A DNA stretch of 63,879 nt, filler included, from Reclinomonas americana ATCC 50394 (lineage: Eukaryota): assembly GCA_048213135.1 (NCBI GenBank). It is 5 parts of 3 records of this genome, joined end to end, with 100 filler letters (N's around TTAATTAATTAA, not from the genome) between each part and the next. Parts side by side here need not be neighbours in the genome. Positions count along the whole stretch, not along the records: positions 26,847 to 48,942 come from PS015063.1; 4 more parts are not named here. The stretch is one strand, 5' to 3'. Made by a program: the position numbers and the translations under genes. How positions within the stretch are numbered: position 1 is the first letter of the stretch; every line of letters begins with the position of its first letter. Positions 26,847-42,600 of the stretch are shown one piece after another. Under the pieces are notes generated by a model, which saw only the letters and a program-made list of their open reading frames with translations, was not told where the DNA came from and did not search any database.

Positions 26847-28091
26847 CAGGAGTTAGCAGGTCAAGCGGCTATGGGGTGGGGAATACAGATAGGAGGGCGA
26901 CACGGAGATGCATGCCACCCTCTTCCACTCCACTCTCTCACTCACTGACTGTGTGCGGCAGAACGTGTGCGTGAGAATGAGTGCGTGAGAGAGAAGAACG
27001 AGTAAGAGGACGAGAGAGCGTGAGTGAGAGAGAGAAATTGAGGTGAGTATCACACGTACCTTCCTCTCTCTCTCTCTCTCTCTCTCTCTGCACACACACA
27101 GAGGAATCACGAGTGCAATACAGTGGAACTCGAAAGAAAGGCAGAGTGATTTCTGCGTGTGCGCGCTGCGGCAAGAGGAACAAGACGGGCTCCATTCTCG
27201 TACTATGTATCTGTGCACGCGTATTTGCACGAGTGCGTGCGTGCGTGCGTGTGTGTGCGTGTGTGTGTGTGTGTGTGTGTGCGTGTGTGTGTGAGAGAGA
27301 GTGTGTGTGTTTGAGAAACAAGAAAGACCCCCACTTCTCACGAACCCGGCGAGAGAAGAGGCGGGAGAATAAAAGAATCTGCAGAAAGTAACGAACGACG
27401 AGGGCCGCACCGAAGATGTCGTCATGCAAGAGGCCTCGAGAGCAAATCTGTTATTGTGTCTTTTTGGACAAATCTTGTCACGCGTCGTCGGGTCTGTCAC
27501 GAGTTGTCAAGTTGCAGGATGCGAGCTTGAGCTTCCATTCTGAAGAGACATTCATATGGCTCGTGCTGTCCAATGACGTGCTACAATCAAACATTCACTA
27601 AAAAATGCTGCCATGTCTTCCAAAAGCCAGGTCTACATAACAAACAAGACAAATCCTGTCGACGTACAGTAAAGCCCCCCACCACCATCCCCCCTCCCAC
27701 TTCCGCCACTTCCATCCCCCAGCCCCCCTTCCTCTACCCACCACCACCACCTCCATTATTTTTATCCCGATTTCCGCGCTCAAATCACCAGCGAACGTGG
27801 CAACTGAAAAACGAATTTTAACCGTACGTTTTCTCAATTACAGTTTTCAGCATTTTGCGAGAAAAGACAAGCCGCCATCTCGCTTTTCGTTAGTCGCCGA
27901 CGCAGTCACACGCACAACACATCTCCCCATTCATCACGACGTCGACTCCACGGCGCCAGTCCCCTTGCAAGACTCCGCGACAACAACAACAACAACAACA
28001 GCAGCTGAATCCTTTGCCTCCAGTAACCCCGCGCAAGCCACCAACCGCCAGTCCGCGCAAGCCCGCCAACACAGGCGCATCCCCGCGGCGC

Positions 28092-29741
28092 ATGGTGAGT
28101 CACTGATGAGAGAGAGAGGGAGGGATCCGGAAACGAAGAGTTGACACTGACTTTTTTTTTGTGTGGTTTGATTGGTTGGTTACAGCCGCAAGAAGTTGGC
28201 AATCGACGCCCCTCAGCGTCGCTTTTTCGTGGCGCCGCTGATGTTGCTCGCGGATCGGCGTACTCGCGCGCTGTGGACTCGTCGCCGCCGGACGGACGGC
28301 TCGCGCAGAACCAGCAAACGATTCGCCAGTTGACGACACCGCCGCCTCCGCCTCCGCCGCCTTCCAAGAGCACAGTGGTGCCTTTGCCTGCACTGGGCGG
28401 CGGAAGTGCTGCTGCTGCTGCTCCTCCTCCTCCGCCTCCGCCGGCTGCGCATGATCACCCGCCAGTGCGTCCTTCGTCGCGTTTGGCCGTCGGGAGTGGA
28501 GGACACTTGGGCTCGGCGTCGCTCGACGAGCAGATCCTGCAGCGACTGTTGCAGGAGCCCAAGTATGCGCCTCTGCGTGATGCAGGCAGTGCTTCTGCGA
28601 ATGGCGACAACTCGTTTTCGTCGTCGGCGGCGATGCAGACGTTGCAGAAGCGTATCTCGGCGGCGACATTGTTCCGAGCCATGGACGAGGCGCGCTCTCG
28701 CGAGTCGACTTCAACGACAACGACGACGACGACGACGTCGACAACAGCAGCTGCTGTGAGCAAACTGGTGGCTGGTACACTGGGGGCGGGCGTTGCGCGG
28801 AATCGGGAGGCGCAGTTGGAAGACGGACTGCGCTCGCTGATGGACGCGGGTGTCACACTGGCCCGCAACCCCCTTGTCAACCACTCGCGTGTCGAACCGC
28901 TGCCTATCGGCGGCGGCATTGTCAGCAGCCTCTCGTCGTCTCCCAACCACTCACCCGCGACCTCGCCGAGAAGGAAGAGCGGCGGCGGCGGTGCCGGTGC
29001 TTTGCCTCCTGTTGCGCCTCCCAATCGCCCACACAACGCCAAGGACACGCTGCTGCTGCTGCCGGATGAGAGGTGAGAATTGATTGGGAGAAGACTCTCT
29101 TCTTCCACCACTGCTGCTCACTTCTCTCTCCCAGGAAACCGACTGCCGCACTGCCGACAAAGCGCGATCCATTGTGCTCGATTGGCGCAACTCTGGCCGC
29201 CTGCGAGGGCGTCTCGGCACCGGTGTCGCGCTGCCACTCGCCCGAGTCGGAGGCGGCGGTGACCGACAGCTCGGATGCACCGCACAAGCACGCGGCTTTT
29301 GACGACTTTGATGCGCACACCGCCACCGCGATGGACAATGGCAGTGCACCGCCGACGCACCGCTCGCTGATGCAAGACGCGGACGCCGCGGTTGCCGCGG
29401 CCGTGGCGGCCGCCTCGGCGCTCTTTGATGGACCGAGCGCGGTGCAGAATGCGCTCATTCAGGCGGCGCGCAAGGCCGACGGCGGCGGCGACGACTCGCG
29501 CCGCAAGAGCGTGGTGGCCTCGGACTACTTCAAGCAGCTGGACGAGAAGCGCGAGCAGGAGCGCATGGCCAAGGCACAGCTCAACATGCGGCTGCGTCAG
29601 CGACGCGAGAGCATCACGGCGGACGCGTATGGCGCCATGCCGTCGCCGCGCACGCCGCGCGACAGCAAGCCACCGGTGCCTCTGCTGCAGCGTGCGGCCG
29701 CCGGCACGGGGTCGAAGAGGAGTGTGAAGAGGGAGAGCTGA
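28092..29741 (+). CDS. Hypothetical low-complexity (Ala/Pro/Ser/Thr-rich) protein
   Basis: ATG 28092-28094 immediately followed by a GTGAGT intron (28095-28185); exons 28186-29072 and 29135-~29741; short coiled segment YFKQLDEKREQERMAKAQLNMRLRQRR. Confidence 0.6.
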
Positions 29742-30005
29742 GGGGAGGGAAGAGAAAAGGGAAAGGGAAGGGAGTGGTGTAATGAAGATGTTTTCTTGAC
29801 GGAGGTGGAATGGCTCATAAAAAACAAAACACTTTTGGAGCTCCGATCGCAACCTGCTGCTGCCTCAAGATTGGTGTCTGTGTTGATGTTTTGTATACGG
29901 GAACTTGGTCATCAAGACAACTGTTGTTTGTTGGTGAATGATTTGTTATTGTTGTTCACCACATTCCAATATATAATGCGACAACAACAAACACACTTCA
30001 TTCAT

Positions 30006-30135
30006 GATCACCACATTCCAATAATGCGATAAACGCCCACAAATCCCTTGCCGACGATGACCATTGGCACACCAACAATATACAAACACATAATTACTTC
30101 TCCAACAGTCATCTTCCCATCGCCCACAAATCCCG
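30006..30135 (-). repeat. Short dispersed intergenic element, copy 2, with local partial duplications
   Basis: Inverse match to 16345-16410; caccacattccaat (~29957 and ~30008) and cgcccacaaatccc (30034 and 30121) each occur twice. Confidence 0.65.
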
Positions 30136-30426
30136 ATCAGCGATGTCGACGCGAATCCGAACAAAACTGACTGCGTAGAAATTCGGCAATTCCCCTGTCG
30201 CTGCAAGGCCGGATCAGCTCTCTTTGCATTCAGGCTTCGCGTGATCCATGCGTTTCGCCTTCAAGGAGACAACTTCATTCGAACAGAAAGCCAATGTGTC
30301 CTCCACCACGTGTCCCACAGCATCCTCTCACCCGCGCTCGTTATCCCCGCACATACACACACACATCTCGGCCTTTTCGTGTGTGTTTGTGCCTCTATAT
30401 TCCCGTTTGTGTTATCCGCCACCACC

Positions 30427-32918
<2,492 letters not shown>

Positions 32919-33495
32919 NNNNNNNNNNNNNNNNNNNNNNNNNNNNNNNNNNNNNNNNNNNNNNNNNNNNNNNNNNNNNNNNNNNNNNNNNNNNNNNNNN
33001 NNNNNNNNNNNNNNNNNNNNNNNNNNNNNNNNNNNNNNNNNNNNNNNNNNNNNNNNNNNNNNNNNNNNNNNNNNNNNNNNNNNNNNNNNNNNNNNNNNNN
33101 NNNNNNNNNNNNNNNNNNNNNNNNNNNNNNNNNNNNNNNNNNNNNNNNNNNNNNNNNNNNNNNNNNNNNNNNNNNNNNNNNNNNNNNNNNNNNNNNNNNN
33201 NNNNNNNNNNNNNNNNNNNNNNNNNNNNNNNNNNNNNNNNNNNNNNNNNNNNNNNNNNNNNNNNNNNNNNNNNNNNNNNNNNNNNNNNNNNNNNNNNNNN
33301 NNNNNNNNNNNNNNNNNNNNNNNNNNNNNNNNNNNNNNNNNNNNNNNNNTCTTCTCCCCTTTCCCCTTCTCTCTCCCTTGTCCCCCCTTCTCTCTCCCTT
33401 CTCCTCCCTTCTCCTCCCTTGCCCCCTTCTCCTTTTCCCTTCCCCTTCCCCCTTTCTTCCCTCACATCCCCCTTTTCCTCACTTCCCCCTCTCAG

Positions 33496-34124
33496 CCCCC
33501 CGCGACACCGCCACCCGCCTTCTCGGCGCCCGCGCCCTCGCCGAAGGCAAGAAGCTCTTCCAAATCGTGCTCTACCTGGCCCCCGGCGACTACCACCGCA
33601 TTCACTCACCATCCGACTGGCTGATTGAGAACCGCGTGCACTTCCCCGGCGCCCTGCTTCCCGTCAACCCGCCCTTTGTGGGCCTGGTGCCAAATGTGTT
33701 TTCGGTGAACGAGCGTGTGGCGCTCACTGGCCGCTGGGACCAGGGCTTCTTCTCGCTCACCGCCGTCGGCGCCTACAATGTCGGCTCCATTGTGCTCTCG
33801 TTTGACAAGGTGTGTGTGGGGGAGCATGTGATGAAGCACCACCATCCGTTCCGCTCTCCTTGTTCCTCACTGCCTGCGCACTCACAGGAAGTGGAGACCA
33901 ACAAGAGCTGGCTGCAGCCGGGCAAGAAGGTGATGAATCCGTACGGACCCGGCACCTCGTACGAGCGCAACTTCCCCACCGGTATCTCGGTGGAGAAGGG
34001 CGAGGACATTGCGCACTTCCGCCTGGGCTCGACGGTGGTCCTCGTGTTCGCCGCCGACGCCCGCACCGAGTTCGCCGTCAAGGTCGGCGACAAGGTGCGC
34101 ATGGGCCAGCCGCTGCTGTGCTAA
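33496..34124 (+). CDS. PISD: Phosphatidylserine decarboxylase, C-terminal part
   Basis: YLAPGDYHRIHSP, NERV, GFFSLTAVGAYNVGSI and the FRLGSTVVLVF (LGST self-cleavage) motif. Exons 33496-33809 and 33888-34124. Confidence 0.95.
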
Positions 34125-34443
34125 TCCGTGCTTGTTCATTTGCGTATGTATAAGAGTGTTGTTTGCGTTTGTTCCTTTTATATAATGGCCGAGCTCTGTG
34201 TGTGTGTGTGTGTGTGTTTTCTCTTTCTAAAAAGTTGTTTGCATTAAGTGTTGTGTCAGTCGGCAATGAAAATTTGTGCCGATCTGCCCGCATCGGAAAA
34301 ACTGCCATAGTTGTTCTTTCTTTTTGCAGAATTTTTGCGAGGATCTCGGTCAAGTTGTCTGCGCCAAGCACGCGCACGCACGCTCACTCTTCCACCCTCT
34401 TTCGCTGCTTGGTTTTCTCTCTCCCGTGTCTTTTGTGTGTGGC

Positions 34444-37379
34444 ATGAGTTACTTGCCGAACCCGCTTTATGCTGGCGCCGGCTTTCACGTGGAGGACTCG
34501 GGTGTGTTGCACGAGGTGTTTGGCCTGATTGCCGCAGGTCAGTGTGCACGCTCCCCTCGGTACGAGGGAGGAGAAGCGCTCACTCGCGTGGGCACACAGA
34601 GGGCGCGTCGGAGGAGACGCTGGAATACGTACGACGATTCTCGTTGCTGAAAATCGCCACCGAGTGGCTGTGGCCGGCCATCGACACGCTGTACAGACCA
34701 ACGTCGGCCGTCACCACCACCACTAGTAGCAGTACGACGACAACGACCACGAGTCTGTCCCAGCGCAATCGTGGATCATTGTCGTCGCGTGTTCCTCCGT
34801 CGTCATCCCGCAGTCTGTCGACGCGGCTGGTCGGCTTGTCGCCGCCGACACTGGAGGTGAAGGACTCGCAGCGAGCTGGCGTCGTGGAAAGTGTGGCGGC
34901 CATCTTGCGTGCCTTTTGCGCAGTTGCGTGAGTGTGGGTGACACGGTCGGAAAATGAGTGTGTGGGGAAGAATAATTGCTAACAGCGAACGACGACGACG
35001 TGTGTCGACTTGTCCCTGTTTGTGCAGATTCTGGAAAACCCTTCAGCTGACGACCTTGCCGGCCAAGTGTTGCAGATGTTTACGCCACCCAACACCACCA
35101 TTCCGCGTCTGTGGCCGCTGTTGCACTCGTTGCGTCTTTGTTTCATCCCCCGTTTTTTCTGGGTTTCTGACGAACACGTGACAGACGGCATGCGAGTGTC
35201 GATCGACACGCCGCCTTTCGCCTGCTCGGTCTGCTGTGCATCAAGCACTCGACACTGGCGGCCGAATGCACGCTCGAGGGCCTGCTCGTGCGCTGCGGGC
35301 TGGATGTGCACTTGGCGCGCGCCGAGACTCGCACCGCGGCTTTCACGTTTGCACTGCTGCGGGAACTGATTGACCTCGGCTGTGACCGACTTGTGCACCT
35401 GTTCTTGCCGGCACTGCGGGAGGCCGCAGTGGAGCTCAACACGTGCACCGCCGCCGACGCCGGTCGCGCACAGTCGAACAATTCGCTGGCCAATTTGGAG
35501 CCGGAGTGGAGTTTGCACGTGCGCGAGGCCGCCAAGCTGCTGCTGTTGCATATTGTGGAGCAACGTGATGAGACGAGTGAGGTGGGTAATGGGGGAAAGG
35601 GTAATAGGGAAAGGGATATGAGGGTAGTGAGGGAAAGGGATATGAGGGAAAGGGTAGTGAGGGGACGGATAGTGAGGGAAAGGGAATGAGGGAAAGGGTA
35701 GTGAGGGAAAGGGAATGAGGGAAAGGGTAGTGAGGGAAAGGGTAGTGAGGGAGAAGGGAATGAGGGACAGGAGATCAGGGGAGGGAAATCGAGAAAGAAT
35801 ACGATTGCAGGGGATGGGAAGATGCAGAAATTGGGCTAATAAGTGGGACGATGGAAGAAGAAAAGATTGCAATGAGTGAAGAGCTGGGAAGGATGAATAT
35901 GGGAAGGAAGAGAAGAGGTGCTGAATGGAGACGGAAAGAAGACAGTGAGATAGGGATGGGCTTGAGAAAGGAAACGACGAGAGGAAGATGATGGAACGGG
36001 AATCGAGGAGAGGGGAAGCAAGAAAGATGATTGCAGATCAGAAGAGAAAACCGAGGGCGACAGGAGGGATGGAAGAGGGAAGATTGAGATGCGCTAAGAC
36101 AGGGGATCAGTGAAGAACGAGAAGAGGATGGAGGCGGAAGCAACGGGGCAATGAGTGAAAGAAGAAAATTTGGAGAAGGACTTGTGAGGGAGGGAAGGTT
36201 GAGATGAATGGACAGGAAATCATTGAAGAACGAGAAGAACATGGAGGGGTAAGCAAGGGGACGTGAGAAGAATGAGGCACATGAATGAGAGACATTGCCG
36301 CACATGGATAAGATGAATTCAACGTCTTCTGCTCTTCTGCTCTTCTTACAACCACCGTCATCTCATTCTCAATCCTCTTCCTCTTTCCCCGTTCTACAGT
36401 CCACCCGCAAGGATTTCCTGCTGGAGTTGGCGATGCAGTTCCCGATGGTCGCTGTCGCAGACTCCATGCATGAATTGCGCCTGTCTCTCGGGACTGGTGA
36501 GCGCAGATTGAAGGCGACAGTGCTGTTGCTGGCGACTCACCGTGCGCTCTGCTGCAGGCTCAAGTTCAAATACCACGGAATGGGACGAGTTCATGTCACT
36601 GGTGACGATGGTGAGTCCTCTTTACTGCCCTCACCCTTCCCTCCCTCCTGTCCTCTNNNNNNNNNNNNNNNNNNNNTCGCCCTTCTCTCCCTCCCTGTCC
36701 TTACCCTTCTCTCCTCTCCCTGTCCTCGCCCTTCCTCCTCCCTCCCTGTCCTCGCCCTTCCCTCCCTCCCTGTCTTCGCCCTTCCCTCCCTCCCTGTCCT
36801 CACCCTTCCCACAGGCCCTCCGAAGCACCCCACCTCACCACTACGAAATGTGCTCCATCGAAGACCACTTACCGGGCTTTTACCGCGCACTCGACGCCAT
36901 TTGCCAGGGATACTCGCTCCTTCTCCACGTGAGTGCGAAAAGGCACGAAAAGAGAATTGAGTAGCGACACTGACGTCGTCACCATTCCCGAATAGCGCAT
37001 GGACCTCGTCAGTGCCGACTGCCCGCTGGCCATCTCGGCCGACGCCTACCTCATGCCGCTGCTCACCGAACTGTTCCTGTATCGCGTTTGTGGCAGCACA
37101 AGCGAGTTGCGTCAACGTGTACTGTCGATCTTTGCTTCCTCTCCCATCGCTCACCATCTTCGCAGTGCCCACACGCCCGACGCACTGCAATTTTTCGGCT
37201 TGCACACCTTTATCGCCGTCACCTCTCTCCTCATGCGCGTGTACGGCAACGGAGGCGGGCGGCGTGACATGTCACGACACTTGGAATCACTGTTGCAAAA
37301 GGTCAAGGACAACAAGTTTGGTCGGCGAGGTTCCGACCGGCGAAGCCGGCGACGCGGCTGTCGGTGCGAGATCGTGTAA
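34444..37379 (+). CDS. Hypothetical Leu-rich helical protein ending in a CaaX-like motif (CEIV)
   Basis: Exon chain joinable in frame through GT-AG introns (donors 34538, 34923, 35129, 35582, ~36497, 36611, ~36929); polybasic C-terminus RRSRRRGCRCEIV. Family not recognised. Confidence 0.6.
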
Positions 37380-37599
37380 CCAGGATGGGTTTGCGCGCGC
37401 ACCACTCGCAGCAGCAGCAGTAGCAGTAGTAGTAATACGTATTTGAATAGTAAAAAACATAAACATGCATGTGCAGACAAGAAAGTACACAAAGGGTGGG
37501 AAAATTGGTTATACTACTACTGGCGAAACAGAGATTTGCTTAAACATGGGAGAGTTGTGGAAATAAAGAACACAAACACACACACACACGACATGCGAG

Positions 37600-40500
37600 G
37601 GCCACAACGTCTTCCGTTGCCCTCCATGCGCGTGGTGGCGGTGATGGCGCAAGAAAACAGAGAATAGAGAGGGGCAGCTCAAGGCCAAGGACATTCCCGA
37701 GGCCGTGAAGAAGCCGCTGTTTGAGACAAAAAGAGAGGAGGGGCGAAGTGGAAGAGCATGGATTTGCTGAAGGAGCGCGAGGCCCCATTCACCTCGCATG
37801 GACGGGACGAGACGAGTGCAGACAAGAAAAGCGTGTCACCTGCGACGTGAACGCCGCTGACTTGCAGTCTGTGAGACAGCGAGCGTGAGTGATGCGAGCC
37901 CAATAAAACGAGAAGACACGACAAGACACGACGTACCCGCCGCTTAGAGGGACTGTGCGCGTCAGCATTGTCGACTGCCATTGGGCTGTCGAAGAGATGC
38001 GTCAGACAAATGAAGTGGGCGACGATGCACCATGCACGGTGTACGCAACCTGGCCGACTCAGCAGTCGCCTTTGCGGAAGACGGCGATGGTTCGGTACTG
38101 CGCCTCCGTTTGGGCGGCGGAGAGTTGCTGCGCTTGTCACTGTGGACGCGACAAAAATCAGCAAATGGCCATAAGAGTGTGTGAAGGAGAGTGTTGACGA
38201 AACGAATTCGGGGCTGGACCATCTTTTGAACTGCGCAGCAAGAGAGAAGGATCAGTAATAAAGCATGGAATTGTTGGCGAGGTAATGTTAACGCACTCAG
38301 ACAGCCTCTTGCTGCTGAAATGAGTTGCAGCACCAAGAATGCAAGGTGAGTGGCAAAGTATCGGTGGTCGTGCGCCATGCACCATCACAACAAACCGTCG
38401 GAGGTCAATCTCTGTGAATGGAGCCAGTGCGGCCCTGCAGAAAACAAGAGAGACATGTGAGCCAATAGGGTACGTAGGCAGGCATAGAAACGGCAACACG
38501 AACCAAGTGGCGGGTGACAATTGTCGACGGCGTCGTGGTCGGCTGCGAGATTGAGAAGAGTGAGGACAAAATGAAGCAGAGCGGGGTGAGAATACTCTCA
38601 CTCACCTCTCCACGTCATCAGCAACAGCAGCAGCAGCAGGCGAGTGAGCACTGCAGAGAGAAAGAGAGAGTCAGTGAACGGCACGACAATACTTTGAGGA
38701 ACGAGGGCACGCGGGTAATACCTTGCCGCGGGAAAATTGCTGGTGAGCACAGAACAACAGATAAGACATCAGATAACCGTGGCAAGGAGAACTACACCGC
38801 AATGCGCAAACCTTGCGTCTGCGTCGTCATCCATATTGTCCGCATCGTCACCATCGGCATCGTCGTCTTTGGCTTTCGCTTCGGACAAGGGTGGCGGTTC
38901 ATCGGCACTGGAGAGGCATGGTATAATTAGAGTACGTAAAATGACAACCTCGGGGGCAACAGAAACGCACGTCACACGCTCGTCGACCGCATCGGCATCC
39001 ATCCTGCGAATCGTGTGAGTTAATCGATACCACCAACAAAATGGAAACGAACACACCTCTGATCTGCAGCGACTGTAGTCACAAGAGACCTGCGAACAGC
39101 ACTACTGCATTCAGTACGAGAATCTAGAAGCAAATCTGAATGGATAAAAAGTCAAACCTTGCGAACAACACTTCTTCCGCCGACTCCTCTTCTGCATTGT
39201 CCTCGTCTTCATCGTCGTCAAGCCGAAGTAGAGCTCCCAGCGATGCGGTGGACGCGCTCGCACGAGCACCGTCGCTGCAAACGCAGATCGAATCTTGAGG
39301 GGCGTGCGACAGCTTACTTGTCGCGCGCATCACATGCACTCACCTCGACGGCTGCGACAATCGTCGTCCTCTGCGATGACGCAGCGGCGGTGTCAGAAGT
39401 GGCGCACAAACACAAACTATTTAAATCCCAGGACTCAACTGAGCACGAGTAACAATCCGCGGCCGAGGCGATGGTGGTCTGTGATTTTTGATGAGAAATA
39501 GGTTAAGAACAATACACGTGTGCGAGGTACGCGTACCCAGCCGGCTCTTGCGAATCACTGTGCGCGAGACAAGTCATGAGCGCCACACAGAGGGGACCTG
39601 GAAAGACACATGGGGACGCAACGCCACGAATTCCGGCACCTCGAGCACTACTGCAGTCTCCGGCTGTGCCTCACCACCATCATCCTCGCTGCGCACCGAG
39701 AGTTGGCATCAGCAGATTAATCCAAACTCAGAGTGCACACAACGACTCATACCGTGGAACCTCAGGTGCGCGGTCCTCCTCGGCATCAGCAGAGGGCGGC
39801 ACAACACTGCAGCAGACGTGTACGTGAGAAACCAAACCATGCGTGACGGAGGAGATACAATCGACAAACCGATCGCGAACAGCAGAGGACGAATTTGGGG
39901 AGGAGAGAACATCAAGGCGTATCGGAGCGTTTCTACAAGCAAGAACTGCGTGAGAGCGATGCAGTCGAGTGATCAGCAGGTCGATGACCACTCACCGTGG
40001 TGGCGGTGGCTGTTGTGCCGATTCGCTAGTGCTAGTGCTGCGAGAAACAACAGTGAGTCTCACGTGCATCGACAGCGAACCGTGGATGTGGTTTCCACTC
40101 AACGATGATGGCTCGGCAAGGAAGCTGAAAAACATCACGTCAGTAAACGAAATCAACGATACGCAAACAACTCAAGTATGTATTACCTCAATGCATCTGC
40201 TGTCGTCATGTTACGTCGCACACTGAGGTGGATTGAGCGCGGTGAGCGGAATTGAAATCAAAATGCACCGGTAAGAGACGCGTACCCATGGGAGACGACA
40301 TACGGCTCGTCACTGCGCAACACGTGACCTGCACGGTCCGATGGCAAGCCAGACACTGCACATCAAAGGGCAGTGGAGTGTGAGAAACAAACAAAGGATT
40401 GGGGGACGCTGATCATTGCCTGCTGCAATTCACTCGCTGCATTTACTCGCTGCACTCACTCGCTGCACTCACTCGTTCCACTTCACTCGCTGCACTCACT

Positions 40501-42600
40501 CGTTCCACTTCACTCGCTGCACTCACTCGTTCCACTTCACTCGCTGCACTCACTCGTTCCACTTCNNNNNNNNNNNNNNNNNNNNNNNNNNNNNNNNNNN
40601 NNNNNNNNNNNNNNNNNNNNNNNNNNNNNNNNNNNNNNNNNNNNNNNNNNNNNNNNNNNNNNNNNNNNNNNNNNNNNNNNNNNNNNNNNNNNNNNNNNNN
40701 NNNNNNNNNNNNNNNNNNNNNNNNNNNNNNNNNNNNNNNNNNNNNNNNNNNNNNNNNNNNNNNNNNNNNNNNNNNNNNNNNNNNNNNNNNNNNNNNNNNN
40801 NNNNNNNNNNNNNNNNNNNNNNNNNNNNNNNNNNNNNNNNNNNNNNNNNNNNNNNNNNNNNNNNNNNNNNNNNNNNNNTTCACTCGCTGCGCTCACCTTG
40901 CTCACCGGACACCGCTGGTGATGCAAATGCACTGCACACGAAGCAAGGGGATCATAAGCGACAATGCGAAGCAGAATACCAACACAACGCATGATTCCAC
41001 GCACGAGGCAAGACGACGGACGGGCTTGGCGGCCAGCGCCAGTTCCCCGGAAGATGAAGCGTTCTCTAGTGACAGTGCTGCGTACGAATACGTGAGCGGT
41101 GTTGCTCCTTTTCCGACAGAGCAAAGCACGGCTCATACCTTCCGCAGTCGGCGGGGAGTGCAACAACACGGCTTGAGGCGGATCACTCGCTGCTGTGTAA
41201 GCACAAGTAAATCAGCGCCACAAACGCACAACATCTTTCGAAGGACACCAACGCACATCCACTTTGCGACGGTGACTGCAAGCAAAGCAAAGCAGTCAGC
41301 GACAGCACTCCGCAACAATTGCCTCTCAAAACACACACACACACACCTGATCAACAACATCACCCGACGCGTGGGGAGACACAAAACGATCCTCGGTCTC
41401 GCCGGCGGAGAGCATCACCGAGGCACGTGTGGCCGGTCGCATGGTGCGCAGCGCCGACGAAGCCGATGGCACCTTGTTCCTTGTCTGCCGGCCTCGGAGA
41501 CGCGGCTTCTCCACAACAGCCGCCGCCGCCGACGAATCCACCCCTGTGCCGAGACCCAGCGGCTCTGCTCGTGGAATCGGCGACGTCGTGGACGTCGTCG
41601 TGAGCATGCTCTACGACAAAGGCAAATATGAGTCAGTCGTGCAAACCGCTCCTCTTTGCCACAAAAACATTGCACCCACCGCTCGGCTCAGCGGCGACGG
41701 CTGCACGGGGCTAGAGCCGCGCGACGAGGGCGAGGCAAGTACGGGGCATTGCTCCACGTTCATGTCTTCGCCAGGTCGTTCGTCCGTTCCCGTTTGGTGT
41801 CCCTCCTGATGCCTCTGCGCACCACCGACAGAGTCGCCAACAAACACCTCGTGACTCTCATTGGTCGACACGGCATTTGGTGACGAGCTGCCACCCGCGG
41901 CAGCGTCGGCAGCAGACGCTGTTGCATCGGCCCCCTCTTGCGACTGTTTCACGCATGAGTATCACCGTGCGCAAGACAGAAGAAGAAGAACATGAGACCA
42001 CAAACCATTTCAATCACGCGATCCGTCGCCTTTTTCTGCACGGGTGCGGCCACGACGGCAGGGACGACTCGCAAGGCACCGACAGTGACCACAGTGGGAC
42101 AGAGTTCCTCGGCAAGTGGCTGGAGTGGCACACCGAGTGGTGCAGGCGCCACCACATCGGAACGAAACGGTGGCGACGAGCACAGGGCGGGTGGTGGGAA
42201 CAAGGTGCTTCCCCTGCGCACGCAGACACATAGAATGAGGCCAACACCACCACCATCATCTATCGGTGAGAGGAAGACGCACCCAGTCATTCGTCGTGGC
42301 GGCTCGGGCGAAAACAAAATCTTGGCGCCCGGCACATACGGGCTCTTCCCCAGCTGCTCAAAATCGATATCCTCACTCTGCACCGAACCGACACGCGACG
42401 GCGTGGCCGGAGCCGCCGCCGTCGTATCACGATCCACAGTCGGTGGCGCCGGTAGCGCCGAAGGACTCTTGAAGCTAAAGTCTCTGTCGTCCCTACCAGC
42501 GGCGATTCCCGCGCGATCACCACCAGCCACATCCACATCCATGTGACTGGCCTCCCCCGACTGCTGCATGCTGTCCACATCGTCTGCACTGCCAGCCTCG
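37600..42600 (-). CDS. Low-complexity exons, probably a long C-terminal extension of the Dbf4-like gene, or a separate hypothetical gene
   Basis: Series of minus-strand Ser/Asp/Ala-rich open segments (e.g. 41611-41952, 41326-41607, 39124-39339, 38769-39056). Exon structure and stop not resolved. Confidence 0.4.
40444..40890. repeat. 27-bp minisatellite (cactcgctgcactcactcgttccactt)n spanning an assembly gap
   Basis: About four units before the gap; the unit resumes after it. Confidence 0.9.
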
